Assembly: GCF_018350175.1 (NCBI RefSeq)
Contig: NC_058368.1
Coordinates: 166,968,001-167,032,000, forward strand
Reading direction: 5' to 3'
Length of the DNA stretch: 64,000 nt
DNA from: Felis catus
Taxonomy: Eukaryota
Shown here one piece after another: positions 1-14,250 of this stretch. Each line of letters starts with the position of its first letter. Position 1 is the first letter of the stretch. Position numbers and translations under genes: made by a program. The notes below the pieces were generated by a model. That model worked only from the letters and a program-made list of their open reading frames with translations. It was not told where the DNA came from and searched no databases.

Positions 1-1029
1 CACCACATTGGGCCAGGCGCTTAATCTCCTGTTGTATCTTTTTACCTCTTGTTTGTTAAGTTACAATCCATGTAAACCCAAAATGTGAAAGGTCATCCAT
101 TTTTCCAACTTCATGGTAAATGTTTGTTACAACTCCTCTATCCCCCGCCCCCACCAAGGGGGTGTAAAGAGAGAGAAATAGAGAGATTCAATAGAGCTGA
201 AAGAGAAAGAGAGAGAAGAAAGAAGGAGAGGGGAAAGGAGGAAGGAAGAGTGAGAGAAAGAGATATTGGGGTCTTAGTTTCAGCTATGACTTGATTTGTG
301 TTCTGTTTGGGTCGAGGGGAGGATTCTTCCACTTTTAATTAGTCCATATCTTAAGTCTGTCCCCATTCCCTTAAGATTTCCAGCAGTAAATAGTTCTTTT
401 GGTCGGGAAGCTGTTCTTGATAATCAGGCCACATTTGTTTTATTTCCAGTATTACCCTCAACCTTCAGCTAAATTATTCTGCTACAATATCAGTGTCAGA
501 TAGACAGCCTAGCCTATTTCCATGTTCCCTATTCCTCATTGCTTACAAAGTTAGATACAAATCTATCATCTATTTCTTTAATCAGCTTTAGCTGCACAGC
601 TCTAGACTTGTTTATTTGTATCATTTGGATCCTAGATGGCCAAATGAATGGAATTTTTCTCATTAGTATCACAGGAGAAGAAATATTACCTTTCCTTCCA
701 CTGGCATTATTTTAGTCACTCCGTGGAAGCTTTTACTTCTGTTTATGATAACGAAATGAGCATTGATATCTACATAACTGATATGAGATTTGATACATCT
801 TTATCATTTTTTTCTTGCTGTTATCTGACAGAATGCATCTATACCAGATAAAGGTATGTTCTTTATTACTTAGTTTTGATTTTACTCCATGGTTTCACTT
901 AGCTACGTTATGGTCAGTGACAACTTAATAGAGCAAGTCATTGATTTTTTTTCGTTTTTCCCTTTTCATGCTCATCAGGAAAAAATACTGCCTCTCTTCT
1001 CAATCTAACACCCATGGTGTCAGGGCACC

Positions 1030-1054
1030 TGCCTGTCTGCCTGCCTGCCTGCCT
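1030..1054. repeat. (TGCC)n microsatellite
   Basis: tgcctgtctgcctgcctgcctgcct seen directly. Confidence 0.8.
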
Positions 1055-1494
1055 GATGACACATTAAATTATGCTTTGCCAGGTCTAGGTTTGAAATAAA
1101 CTTTCTGACACTTATCCTGATAGCATGACCCAATACCCACTTCGATAATAGCTTTTACCTAATTGAAAAAAAGAACTAGATGTTTAAAATATCACAATCC
1201 TAAAAAGAATTTTAATTCAATGAGAGGGCACCAACGTGCCTTTAATTTAAAACATCACTGAAGAAACTTGGTGCCCAGGAGAACCTCTCACTTAAAGGGT
1301 GGGGGGCGGTTTCAAAGCCAGAAGAGTCAGTATCTGTCACATTGTTTCTCTTTAGACACGAACTCTTGACAAATCTTGTTTGCTCGATCTCTGTAAGGCA
1401 TACACTAATGAAAAAATTAGTAGTAGCTGCATTGGTAGCAAATACATGTAGTATTTCTATGTCTTCACTTATGTATTTTCACAGCATTAGACAT

Positions 1495-1575
1495 TGTTCA
1501 TATGAGGAAACTGAGGCACAGAGATATTAAGTAACCTAGCTCAGACTACATAACTAGTAGTGAAGCCATAAATCA
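1495..1575 (-). mobile_element. MIR SINE core fragment
   Basis: atgaggaaactgaggcacagagatattaagtaacc matches the MIR core in antisense. Confidence 0.7.
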
Positions 1576-4500
1576 AATATTTATATTTATCAATCAATAT
1601 ATCAGTCAAATATTTATGACTGACTCCAGAGTCGTATGTGTGCTATACATGCCTAAAAGCAAATATTTTTAATATGTTAATCCTTTAGTGGGTTGTTAAG
1701 ACAAATGTAGTCAAGTGAGATGATAATAGGGCAGTTTGAGCTGAGCATCCATGCTATGTAGATGGCAAGGAAGACAGACAATGGTGCAAGGGTGAGTCAC
1801 AATGAAAAACACTGAGTCCTCACCTTAGAAATATCAAACACCATCTGTCTCACAATTCATTGATCACTTTTTAGCATTTTGTATAATGCTGTATTTTTTA
1901 AATTATTTTCAACATATACATTTTACATTGATAATAATAAAATTGTTCATTTTCATGATGTCTTTGTTAGGTCAATTATATTTCTTAGTTTCTGTTGCTT
2001 ACAACACCTCCAAGTTTAGCACAGGCTGTAAAGTTCCTCAATGTGCTATTCTCAGATTCTTTCTGAATCATTAATAAATGATAAATGTTAAAAGTGATCA
2101 GCCCTAACACCACATTTTGTTGCACCCCCCATAAACACCTCCCACACTTTTACTTCAATTGCCACTTTATTCTTATGCGTTATTTACGGTCTTGGAGATA
2201 GTTTTGAATCCATATGACTATTTTCACATCTACTCTAAATTTGAATCAATTTAGCAAATAACACTTTTAAAGTGTTGCATCAATTTTTTTCCTATAATCA
2301 AACCATTAAATGCCCATTGCATTTACATTAGCCTATATTTATTGGTATATCTTTTAAATTGGAATAGAAAGACATGAAAGTATGTGTACTTGTTAATAAT
2401 ATTTACTGAATTTTTACTATTTTTGTTCAAGCATAGACCTAGGGCCTAGCGGAAACAATATCCTTATGATAGCAGGAAAAGTATTGTAATATTTTATACT
2501 CATGTTCAACTAATAGGACATTTTGTTTCCCAAAACACTACAAACTTAATATTGGTCATGTATGGAGAAGGGAGACAAAGTATAAAAGCGGGAAAGCAAT
2601 GATCCACAAGTATTTAATGCTTAAAATACTAATAATATATTAATAAGAATAGAAAGGCAAAAATATATGATTTATATGTGATCAAATTAACATGATTGTA
2701 AAAATGCTATTGTAATTCTAGCTACCTTAAATACCAACTAAAATTTCCATATGACCTTCTTCTTCATATATTATTGAGGTTATTGATTCATGTGAGTTGT
2801 GTCAATAGTTTTTTAAGACTACATTCTCTTCTCAACATCAGTTTTAGTAGGCTCAGATTGCTCTCCTTTTCACTATTGGTTTCGTTAAAACAAACCGTTA
2901 GGGATATTTTGGGAGCACAGTACTTTGCATAGATGATGAGGAAAGATTAGGGATAATTAATTGGAATCAAACATATTTAAATCTCAATTCTAACAAACTT
3001 CTATATATCTGAATCATTATAATAATTATACTAAATAAAGATGTCTATCTACACTTCCTACGTCTTCATAAAGCCATATTGCATAATATTAGAGATCAAA
3101 AACCAATATGCCAAGCAATCATGGGGGTTAAAGCTCAGAATCAATCCCACTATTCAATACTCTCATAATATCCTCTATTTCTCCTTCACAAAACATTACA
3201 CTATCAGAGTGAATATTATTTGTTAAATTATTTGCTAAATATCTGCCAGCCTTAAGGAAAGTATAAGACATTTTAGAAACCCCTCAGAAACCCAGGGTCT
3301 GAATAAGCCTTAAAAATCGCCAATGTCTATCAACAGCATAGGCACTATTTTTACTATGGTAAATAAATAAGACTTGCCTTCCTCCTTTACACACTTGTTC
3401 AGGGACTGAAATCCTCACATATAACATTAAAGAAGTATAGATAAGAAAGGTTCAGCACTGTGTTCACTCCACTGAGGAGGATCTTCCAAAGAATTCTCAT
3501 AGTTGCAGGCAGAGGATGGTTTTTACACAATCCATGGGGTAGAGAGTCAGGCAGAAGGGTAAAAGAATGTGCCCCCTCAATTCAGCAGTTGCAATGGGAA
3601 AAAAATGCCATATAGCAATTGGTAATTAAAGCTGGGTATATTAGTCTGACTTTCGGTTAAAGATAGAAAAAGGAGGAATTTGACTGAGTCAACAGCATTC
3701 AGATCCTCTCTGACACAAATACTCAGCCTGCAGAGTTCTCTCTTTATTACAGGGCGAAAAAAAACCAAGAAACAAAAACATTGGTGGAATAAATTATTAT
3801 ACACTTTATTGTATATATTATAATATATAAATGTTAAATTTTTGTATTATTACTATTATAATAAAGTGAAAGTAGATTTTAAAAATATTACAAATTAAGG
3901 AAAACGATGATAACAAATGAAAAATAATTATTATAGTAATGTACAACATTACTCAAAAAATGGCAAAAGAAAAGAAGAGATACTGCACAAATGAGGAATT
4001 TGAATAGCAAAGACAATATAAAAATATTTAACTGGAATATAAACTATGAATAAGAGTGTTTTAGCTTTCAAACCCAAACTATTGATAATACGAAGAATTA
4101 AGGCCCCTCATATTCTGATGGCAGGAGAGTTTCTTGAAATAACATTTCTGGAGAACAATTTGAGGTTATGTATCACAAATGCCTTCAAAAAAAAAGTAGA
4201 TATCACAATCTGACCCAATAGTTTATAATTGCAGCAGTGCCTAGTATTTGGTATGAACACACTATTGAATGATAAAAAAGAATTTTTTAAATGGCCCGAT
4301 TATTGTGGTGTTAGGATTCACCACCGCAAATTTCTCCAAACTGTTAATTAAGCAACCACATAAAATTCATATTCATGATCGGCCACTTCATTGGGAAATT
4401 AGATAATGATACATCAATAGCTATGAAATTATCTGGCCACCAAGAGTAAGAATTTATCCAAATTTCACACTAGTAAATCTACATCAGATGACAACCAAAC

Positions 4501-5514
4501 AGTTGTTTTGGAAGTTGATTTCAGCTTCATTTACTGAAAATGAAGTAAAATCTTTTAGGAATGACATCTACTTTTAAACATCATTTTTGGTCTACACATT
4601 CTGACCCAAGAAAATCAATTCACTCTAAATGGTATTCTTTTTTCAGGACAAGGAGGTAGCAGTATTTTAAGAGACACAGTCTTTCAGTTTATGTATCCAC
4701 AAAAATTGTTTACTTAAGTACAATCTTCCAGATGGCAGCTGTCATAGGTTTAACTTGTACTATAGTAAGAAGTTTAAATATTATTTGGGATGATGATGAT
4801 ATTTCATGATTAATTTTATTTTATTAATTATAAGTTCAAATTCCTATCATTACTCTATAATAAATGTTTTAGGGGAAGTTTTTCTGAACGTGATTGAACA
4901 ATGTTACTTCTTTGTGAGCCATACCATAAGAAAGATTCTTTGGGCAAAAACGTGAATATCAGTTCCCCTTAAGATTATAAGAGCCCCCAACTTCACCTTT
5001 ATGGAAGAAATTGTTATAAAAATAAAAAAAGTTAAATCGATGCTAAGAAGCATGAATGAAGACATTTGGCCAATTTGAACAGATAATGAATTTTTAATAT
5101 GAAATGTTTTGCCTACTCATTACACAAAGTGTTACCTTATCTAAGTTTCTTTGATTAAATGGCAGCACATAGTATTCGAATTGGTTTCTGGACAGTTTCA
5201 TTATCATTCCTCAGAACCTTAGGGAATGTATTAGATATATTATTTGACCTTTTGAGTAACATATTGAATTCTAGAATGAAACACTGTACAAGCAGCAATA
5301 ATTTTCTTTAATATTATTTGAGCTATATTGCATTTCATTTTTCTCCTTTTATCCCGATGAGTCCTTAGAAAAATGAACATGCTGTGTATGAAAGACATAT
5401 AGAAAGCACTTCTCTTGAAGATAGAATACTTATAAATCAATCTCCAAATATGAAGCATAGAAGAGGGCCAGTAACTAAGTCTAAGTGGCCAAAATGTGGA
5501 GAATGTTTAAATCG

Positions 5515-5660
5515 CTGATTCTCCAACTTGAGAGTACATGGGGAGCACGTAGGATCTTGCTAAAATTCAGAGGCTGATTCTAGTGTTGGGGTCCATGAGT
5601 TTCCTTTCCTGATAAGCCCCCAGATGATGCTAATGCTCTTAATCAGCAGACCATATTTAA
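5515..5660. mobile_element. MER5-like hAT-Charlie MITE
   Basis: tgattctccaacttg...gataagcccccagatgatgctaatgct...gaccatattt resembles a degraded MER5. Confidence 0.55.
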
Positions 5661-6981
5661 GAATACCCATTTCCATCACCCACTAACTAAATTTCAGTTA
5701 TGTATGAGTGCTATTCAGACTACAAAATAAACAAAGCTGAAGGGTCTCGTCTGCATCCTTGAAAGGAAGAGATGGTTTCCAGATGAGGAAAAGGTTTTCC
5801 CAAGCCCCTATCAATCCTGGAGAAGCTATGAATCCTCCTGCAGGCTTTTAAGCATTACAGCTCAGGAAGTCTCTCTTCCAGACTAAATGCACAGACAGTG
5901 CTGGCAAAGTCACTATTAACAAACACATATTCAGTACTTCCTGGGTATGAGAACTAGTAAAAAGAACACAAGCAGAAAAGCAGCAAGAGGAAGCCCCTGC
6001 TCTCGGGTTCTTAAAATATCCTGTTATAGACATCGGAAACACGCAGAAAAGGACACCTATCAACATGAGACTGCTCGTGCTCAGGGCCAGTCGAAGAGGC
6101 ATACGGAACTGAGGGTAAGGAGAAAATGATACCCAAGGGAAGATGATGTTAGCATCACGAGGACACAGAGGAGGTGACTGGATACAGATCTTAAAGAAAG
6201 GATGACATTTGGTGAAAAAATGGAGCGCTTCCCAAGTATGTCTCTTTATAACGTATGTGCACTATTCTGAAATTTTTAGTACAACTTTACAAAGAGATAC
6301 AACTTCCCAGAAGATCCTGCTTAAATGTCCTATTCATTCTATAACAGGGCAGCTGCAACAGGAGAGATTAAATAGACTTCTTATTGCATGCCCTCCTTAT
6401 TAATTCTAAAAAGTGTCGGACTTTTTTTACTGTAAAAAAAGTGAGTCTCCTTGGAACGTATTAGACTTTTCCTCATGAAGAAAGAGATGATATGCAAGGT
6501 AAAAAACAGAGATGGCAGAAAGGCAATTTGCAAACGCAGCCCAAAAAGAGCCCTCAGGGAGAAGAGGGATAGATCTCAGTGACAGAATTGATGGAGACCA
6601 AGATTGAACCGAAGTGACCTGGTAGGAGTTCTCTGGCAGAAAAAGTCCCCAAACATACAAAAAGCAAAACCTACTCCGAGAAAATTGGAAGTTGGGTCTG
6701 GAAACCGGGGCTCCTCAAGCGATGTAATAGCTTATTTGTGTGGCTTGTGATGGAATTTTTGTAGACCTACACACACTGTTAGAGTGGTTTTGCTTAAGGG
6801 ACAAATGGCTGAATTTAGAAATAGTAAATAAAAGGAACTATAATCCTGGCACCAGAGTGAGGCACCACTGTGCCCTGAGCAGCAGCAGAGGGAAGCCACT
6901 GTCCTGTTCTACAGGACCATTCTCTACACATTATGTGTAAATAAAAAGTGATCTCTGTAGTTGTTCTTGTTCTTACCATAC

Positions 6982-7740
6982 TTTTTTTTTTATGAAATTT
7001 ATTGTCAAATTCATTTCCATACAACACCTGGTGCTCATCCCAACAGGTGCCCTCCTCAGTGCCCATCACCCACCTCCCCTTCTTCTACCCCTCATCAACC
7101 CTCAGATTGTTCTCAGTTTTTAAGAGTCTCTAATGGTTTGGCTCCCTCCCTCTCTAACTTTTTCCCCCCTTTCCCTCCCCCATGGTCTTCTGTTAAGTTT
7201 CTCAGGATCCACATAAGAGTGAAAACATATGGTATCTGCCTTTCTGTGTATGACTTATTTCACTTAGCATAACACTCTCCAGTTCCCTCAACGTTGCTAC
7301 AAAAGGCCATATTTCGTTCTTTCTCATTGGCACGTAGTATTCCATTGTGTATATAAACCACAATTTCTTTATCCATTCATCAGTTGATGGACATTTAGGC
7401 TCTTTCCATAATTTGGCTATTGTTGAGAGTGCTGCTATAAACATTGGGGTACAAGTGCCCCTATGCAACAGCACTCCTGTATCCCTTGGGTAAATTCCTA
7501 GCAGTGCTATTGCTGGGTCATAGGGTAGGTCTATTTTTAATTTTTTGAGGAACCTCCACACTGTTTTCCAGCGTGGCTGTACCAGTTTGCATTCCCGCCA
7601 ACAGTGCAAGAGGGTTCCCATTTCTCCACACCCTCTCCAGTCCATCTATAGTCTCCTGATTTGTTCCCTTTAGCCATTCTGACTGGCGTGAGGTGGTATC
7701 TGAGTGTGGTTTTGATTTGTATTTCCCTGATGAGGAGTGA
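6982..7740 (-). mobile_element. Young carnivore/felid LINE-1, 5'-truncated (ORF2 C-terminus, 3'UTR and polyA)
   Basis: ORF 7202-7645(-) encodes [44 protein letters not shown]...LESVMLSEISH, the L1 ORF2p C-terminus; polyT at 6982; short TSD accatac at 6975-6981 and 7741-7747. Confidence 0.95.
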
Positions 7741-9430
7741 ACCATACGGGTTTTTACAAGCAAAATTTTACCCACCCACTCCCAGTTAAGTATGCTCCTG
7801 AAGTTCTTGAACAAATCAGAAGTTCAGGGCAAGCCATTTAAATGAAGATAATTGGACTTCCTACCACTAGGGCATGTATAATTAATCAGAAAAATCAAAA
7901 ACACGCCATCATAATTATACAAGTTTATAGAACTACAATTCGTTCACAAATGTATGTTGCATGGTAAGCACAGTGCTTAATTGTAAATATTAAGAGAACA
8001 AGAGAGACAAAGACCTTACTCTTACAAATTTTACTGTCTTTGAGAGCCAGTCCCTAAGGCTGACCCCCCAAAAGCTCCCATGCATTTATAGGCAACTGAA
8101 CTGAGCAGCTGCTGGACTCAAGCTAACTTGCTCATCTCCTATGGCTAGAGCCTTGTAGAAGATTGGACCTCCCCAAGCACATTCCCCACTTTCTCCATAT
8201 GGGTTAATGGATTCTACTAATCCTGAAAAAGGTGATATTGCATACAAGAGAACATAGACCCATAGTCACTGCAAGAGGGAAAAATTTGGTTGGGAATGTT
8301 AAGGTAGTTGCAAAGCATGCAGCCTTTCAACTGATTAGAATATATATACAATTCAGTTTTAAAGAATCAAACCAAATGAGCTAATTTATCACTTATAAAA
8401 ACACCAAAGGACAAAGAACACATGGAGAGATCAATTTGATTTTCTCCACATACAACTTTAGTCACTGCGATAAAGTGTGCATATTAAACTCTTTCATATT
8501 TACAAATATTTTTCTTTCTAAGGCTGCTACCATCAAATGATATCAAATGATCAGTGAACTCAAATTCAGGTTTCAAAGACTTGTGAAACGTCGGCCACGA
8601 AAACACTTGTTGACTGGCGAATGCTCAAAACTAATAGTACACTTCAAGATGCAATTTAACAAGTTTAAAGCTAAATGAACGCAAATTATCTTCTGAGAGT
8701 GGTGTGTCCAAAAGCATTTTAAGACACGCAATTTTTCATTTTCTGTGTCTGGCTTATATTTTTAAAGCCTATCAAGTAGCAGTAGATAAGGAGACATGAC
8801 GTGTTCTTTGGGTAAAATATTTGTTACCTGCCAAGGTTCTGCTTGATCTAAGTGATTTTCATAAAGGTGTGTACTTACAGCTGGATATTTATTTTACTAT
8901 ACTCAAACTCAAGTTTGTGTCATTTATACTAAGCAGCATAAGACATTCCCCAAAGAATCTAATATATAATGAAAGGAACGAGGTGAAAGTGAAGACAGAA
9001 GAGTGGGCAAAGATGGAGGAGAAAGAAAGAGAATACACTTAACTCTAAGCTAAAGAAACTAGAGTGGAAATTCCCATTCTCATATACTTGTTAGCAAGTT
9101 ACATGAAATGTCACTTATCAGCAACCTTAATAATGACTCCAACTGTGATAAGAATTCATTTCCATTGCCAATAATCCTAACATACCAGCTGGAACCAACA
9201 CTCCTTTTGTTAAGTGACACATTCTAGTCATCACCTAGGAGAAGAGTTGCAGAACATAGATACAAGCTTAAGTATCTCTTCTTGGCCTCCAAATTATTCC
9301 ATTTACAATGAAATGTAAACGCAGCACTAGTACATCATTTGTTATTTGCTCATTGACTTTAAAACTTACACATTCAGCATAGGCATAATGGTCAGTAGTG
9401 AGCAATCCAATTAGTGGTTTATTAATTCAG

Positions 9431-9612
9431 TTTTTAATGTTTTTATATTTGAGAGAGAGCGCTCAAGTGGGGGAGGGGCAGAGAGAGAGCATCACAGATT
9501 ACCTGTGCTGACAGCAGCAAGCCCAATGTGGGGCTCGAATTCACGAACCACCATGAGATCATGACCTGAACTGAAGTCAGACACTCAACCGACTGAGCCA
9601 CCCAGGCACCCC
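9431..9612 (-). mobile_element. Can-SINE with internal deletion
   Basis: ends in gactgagccacccaggcacccc; tail ttttaatgtttttatattt; TSD-like ttcagttttt on both sides. Confidence 0.9.
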
Positions 9613-9819
9613 ATTTCAGTTTTTGAAGATTGTCTCTTATATTGTGCTAGATGAAACTGTTTTTGGTAGCCCCAGGATCCCAGTATCTCATTTACCCCTT
9701 TTTATATTCACAAATCTAATTGATTTCCAGTACTATAATCTGTCTATACTGCCCAAGTCCTTCTACAATAGCCAAGAGAATAATGTGTATATTAGTCAAG
9801 AGAATAGACCTTCCAACCA

Positions 9820-10010
9820 AACATAACTGAGTTCAAATCCTGGCTAAGCAATGTTGCATGACATTCAGTAAGTCGGTTAACCTGTATGCGCCTCAATATT
9901 GCAGCTGTTCAAAGGAATAATTATGTTTCAGAGAGTTGAGATAAAGCTTAAATGAGATAATATATGATAAGTACTTAGCTTAGTGTTTGGTACGTAGTGA
10001 ATACTTGATG
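9820..10010 (+). mobile_element. MIR SINE
   Basis: gagttcaaatcctggct...aaatgagataatatatgataagtacttagcttagtgtttggtacgtagt. Confidence 0.7.
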
Positions 10011-10224
10011 AACATTAACAGGTTTTAATATTACAGCTTGTTAAGAAGTAGGCCAATGACACTAAAAAGACTGATTTCTTTACACTCCCTTTAACTTTCA
10101 TGCTGGCCTATGTTTTATGCCATTTTTCCCCAAATTCTGTTCTTTATTGAGAGAAAAAGAAAAAAAAATGTACCTGGTAATCAGAGAATATGCTAAATTG
10201 TTATGCTGGGCTACTTAGAAGTCA

Positions 10225-10645
10225 GGATCAAAGTCTTTAAAAATGTATATAACTTTGGATCCAGCGAATTCACTTTTAGGAAATAAGCCTGGAGTCTATA
10301 AAAATTCCCTGTAGGAATGTTTGTTTAAGCATGCTTATAATAGGAAAGCTATGGAAAACAACTAAATGTCCAACAATATTTGCTGCCTTAAATAAATATG
10401 AAACACAATGGCATGCTCTGCAGTCATTAAAATGATATAGAAAACATATTTAGTGTCATAGAAAAATGCTCAATCAGTAAATAACAAAGTGGGATGTATA
10501 CTCTGATCCCAATTTGGTAAAACAAAATAATAATATGTGTACAAATATATTTAGCACAGGACAAGATTGACCTGGTTGAAGGATTTTTTTTCTTAAATCC
10601 TAGATCCCTTTCTCTAGTTTGTAAACTTTTTAGAAAGTGAAACAT
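10225..10645 (+). mobile_element. Old L1M 3' fragment
   Basis: ctttggatccagcgaattcacttttagga...ggaaaacaactaaatgtccaacaat is degenerate L1 ORF2 end and 3'UTR. Confidence 0.65.
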
Positions 10646-11999
10646 TTACCCCCAAATAGTGAAATTGTTAAATATGCAAGTTCTACAGAAAGCCCTAGTG
10701 AATGTGAACCTAGCAGAGAGATTTTCAGTCAGGTCACCAAAAAAAAAGGATATTGGTTTATTCAGCTCCCCAAATTATATTACTCTAAACCTTGAGCAAC
10801 AGTTCTGAATCTAGCTCATTACTAGTAATGGTAGATGAATTCTATTGTCACATTATACTCCATATAAAATAGATTTTCTTGGCAAGTTTAATAAATTCTT
10901 TTCTCTCATGAAAAGAACTTCTAGGTGTCTTGAACTTCACACATTTTTTCTAACCCCTATCTTAAACTCATTTAAATTTAGACACTCCCATTGTATTATT
11001 CAATCAAAGTTTAATGTTAACCTAAGTAAAATAATTTCAGAAGTATGATGAACAAGTTATAACTCCCATGTTTCACCATAATAGTGTCCCATTTTGGAGG
11101 GTTTCATTTAATATCAACACTTCCTTCCCTTGATGCCTCTCGAAACAGATACGTTTGTTGACAAAATCTAATTTCATCAGGAACACGACTACCACTTTCA
11201 GGTGCCACTTCTTTACCAGTAATTCCATCTCATCTTTTGCCTTCCCTGAACCTCTCTAAGTGAAGCACAATCCCACAGGGGGTGAGAGGGATTAAGGCTT
11301 TGGAGGCCATAACCATTTAAAAAGTCATAATATCTCATACGTACACACATACACATAAATGCAGCACACGTGCCAAAAATAAGTGCACCGGGAGTCAAAA
11401 AGATTGAGAATTCTCCACAAAGACAGGTCCTTTAATGCTCCATTTGAAATTAACTTTATTTCAAAAGAATTTTTAAATTATATTTCCTATTCTTTTCTTC
11501 CTTATCTTTCTTATTTTCCTTTATTAACCCTGCTTGATTAATGTGCTAAATGTTTGCTTAGCTTACCACATTGCATAAATCCAGCCCTGAACAGCCTGAA
11601 TAATACATTAACAATGAATACATGATTATATTTATTGATGGCTAGGTATTTGGGGGATGGTAAGAGGAGAAATATCCCATGTCATGAGACATGTTATTCA
11701 AGTGGCCATTCATCTAGATGTTCAAATGTGAAATGGACTGTGAATGGAGGAATGGTCATGTAGCAAGGAAAGATTTAAAGCCATATCCTCCCTTCCTTTG
11801 CCAAAGTCAGCATTCACTCAGCCACTGCAAGGGCAGTCACTTCTTCATCAACCAGCTACCCTCAAAGGGATCTGTAGGGTTCCACATGAATCCACCACTT
11901 TGAGCCTGAAAGCCCTTGAGATCACCCAGCTCTCATCATCTTTTAGTAATGCTACCTAGAAGTAACATAATGTTACAAAGTTCTATGCTTAGGAATTCA

Positions 12000-12175
12000 T
12001 TCTTTGGAGCCCATCTGCCTAGGTTTGAATCCCAGTGACACAATTTACTGGCTAGAGGACTTTCTGTGCCTCAACTTCCTTGTCTGTAACACGAAACTAA
12101 GAATAGAACATACTTTATAGGTTATTGTTAGGATATGAGACACTTGAAGCATTACCTAAGATAAAGCAAGCATTT
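12000..12175 (+). mobile_element. MIR SINE
   Basis: ctgcctaggtttgaatcccagt...ctgtgcctcaacttccttgtctgtaa. Confidence 0.7.
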
Positions 12176-13454
12176 AGAACTAATGACTGACTATTGGAGA
12201 GAGCAAAGAGGAGAATAGTAAGAATTTAGGCCAGAGATAGGCAGGGGCCACATCATAGGGCTTTGTAGGCTCTACTATGGAGTTTGCATTTTTTTTAAGT
12301 GTGATGTGAATCCATTGCAGATTGTGGGGTTAAATTAGATCATATATGCAAGGTACCCAGTATAATGCCTAACACATTAAAAGTACATGGCTTCATTATA
12401 TGCTTCACACTCAGTATATCAAGAGATACTTATATATCTGACACCAAACAGTCTGGCCAGAAGATAATTAGTGCCAAGTCATCTGAGGCCAGAAACCTCC
12501 AGACCCAAGAGAAAGTCAGCTGGTGGACTCTGAGTTCCATAATACTCCGCTGGAATGACTAATTGCTTTTCTAACAGAAGTAAGATGTGGAGTAGTCATT
12601 TATCTGAAGATTCAGAGGTTGGGTTCAGGAAACCTGCCTATTTATGTAAGGTTTTTGTGAATCCTAGTACAAGCAAAGGTAAATTCCATCATGTGAACGG
12701 CTCCACAGGATCAAAGAAAAAGTGTTCTCTCTTTCTACTCAACCCTTTAGGACAAAGTGTCTTGGGAATAGACCGGTGTTACTGCTTCTGCAAAGTTAAA
12801 TTGCATTTCCATTTAACATAAAAGTGCCTTATTAAAAAGCAAAAGAATGGCTATTTAGAGTTATGCCAGCTACTGATTAAAAAGAAATTGTGAGCCCAGG
12901 GCAGTCTGAACCTGCTGCACACCAAGGCTCCAGAAAAGCAAGTTACTCTGAAAGAACCACAAGGATCCAGGACTGGCACCGCCCCACAAATGAGAGGAGT
13001 GGTCACCAAGCTGGGGACTGTGGGCATAGGACACGTTCCCAAGGATAGTAGGTGTAAGCCCCTTGTTCCTTACACCACTTACACCACTAAGCTTGTGAAA
13101 TTCAGAAAGAAGAGACAGCTCCAGGTTGCAGTACTTAAAAAAATGCACATACAAACTTTTAATACAAAAATCATATGGAATCTTCCCAGCGTACAAGTAG
13201 AATTCCAGAGCATTTCATCCTGGAGGTTACAGAAGAGGTTAGCCTCAGGAGCATTCTGGCAAGTGAAACTTAGCATTTTGTATTAATATAGGAGCCAGGA
13301 TTATAGATTACCAATAGCAAAGTCTAAGTGCAACTGATTCCTGTTAAAGAGTAAAATCAGTGTTAGAAAAATGGAAGTGTTATAGATTTCAAAAAACAAG
13401 CATAGATGTCATATTATACAAGAGAGAAGATGGTGTAGATGGTGTATTTATCAG

Positions 13455-13912
13455 TATTATAACTGGGGTGCAGGCTTGCAGATCACCTGGCTCTGGAGGT
13501 CCCAAACAGACTAGTTTGGCCACTGGACGCTTACAAAAACCAAAGGCAGAGAGGCCGGTGGTGGCGAAAGAGGAAAGGAATTTATTTCAGTGAGGTCAAC
13601 ACTGGGAAAACAGCAGACGAACGTCTCAAGGACAGTCTCCAAAGTGCTGAAAGTATTTCTAGGCTCATGTTAGGAAAATACAGGACAAAGGTCCATGGCC
13701 ATATGCAGGGTGGGCAGTAAAGGTCAGATCGATCATTGTCTTGAGGTCAATCATGTGGGGTTTTGCTTATTGCTTGAGGGGTACTTTCAGTTCCCATCAC
13801 GAGATGCTTTGCCCACTGGGTCTTTTGCCTGAGTTAGGAGATAAGCTGGAAAGAATTTAATCAACTAGAAAGTGCAGACTAAAGGTCGAAATGGAGGAAA
13901 AGTGCTCTTTCA
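13455..13912 (-). mobile_element. Probable solo ERV LTR (carnivore type)
   Basis: about 460-bp GC-richer block; on the minus strand it begins TGAAAG, has AATAAA near 13581-13586 and ends ...CAGTTATAATA; TSD not resolved. Confidence 0.5.
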
Positions 13913-14030
13913 GGATGACATTTATCATATTTTTTTAAGTATACAAGCAGATCACAGGTAAGCATGCATTTTATAATCCCCATTTTAAAAAATACATTTC
14001 ATATAGATTCGCATGAGCGAAATTCTCTCT

Positions 14031-14250
14031 TTTTTTTTTTTAATATGAAATTTGTTGTCAAATTGGTTTCCATACAACACCCAGTGCTCATCCCAACAGG
14101 CATCCTCCTCAGTGCCCATCACCCACTTTCCCCTCCCTCCCACCCCTATCAACCCTCAGTTTATTCTCAGTTTTTAAGAGTCTCTTATGGTTTGGCTTCA
14201 TCCACATGGACAGAACTGGAGAGTGTTATGCTAAGTGAAATAAGCCATAC
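14031..14250 (-). mobile_element. Short young LINE-1 with 5' inversion (twin priming)
   Basis: 14031-14199 is L1 3'UTR/polyA on the minus strand, homologous to 6982-7145; 14200-14250 is the ORF2 end on the plus strand (TWTELESVMLSEISHT); TSD agcgaaa(t)tctct at 14016 and 14251. Confidence 0.88.

Noticed and set aside
1..560. Possible LTR/ERV fragment around the purine-rich tract at 165-262
   Set aside because: No terminal motifs, TSD or recognisable consensus could be established by eye.
4724..4740. CTCF-like motif cttccagatggcagc
   Set aside because: It mismatches the conserved 5' core, and such partial matches are expected by chance in 64 kb.
7202..7645. 147-aa ORF as a host gene
   Set aside because: It is the C-terminus of L1 ORF2p in a 5'-truncated insertion, and the frame breaks upstream.
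12870..13286. Overlapping 100-aa ORFs and a possible minus-strand exon near 13080-13220
   Set aside because: No recognisable homology, the ORFs overlap on both strands, and the frame following the acceptor is ambiguous.
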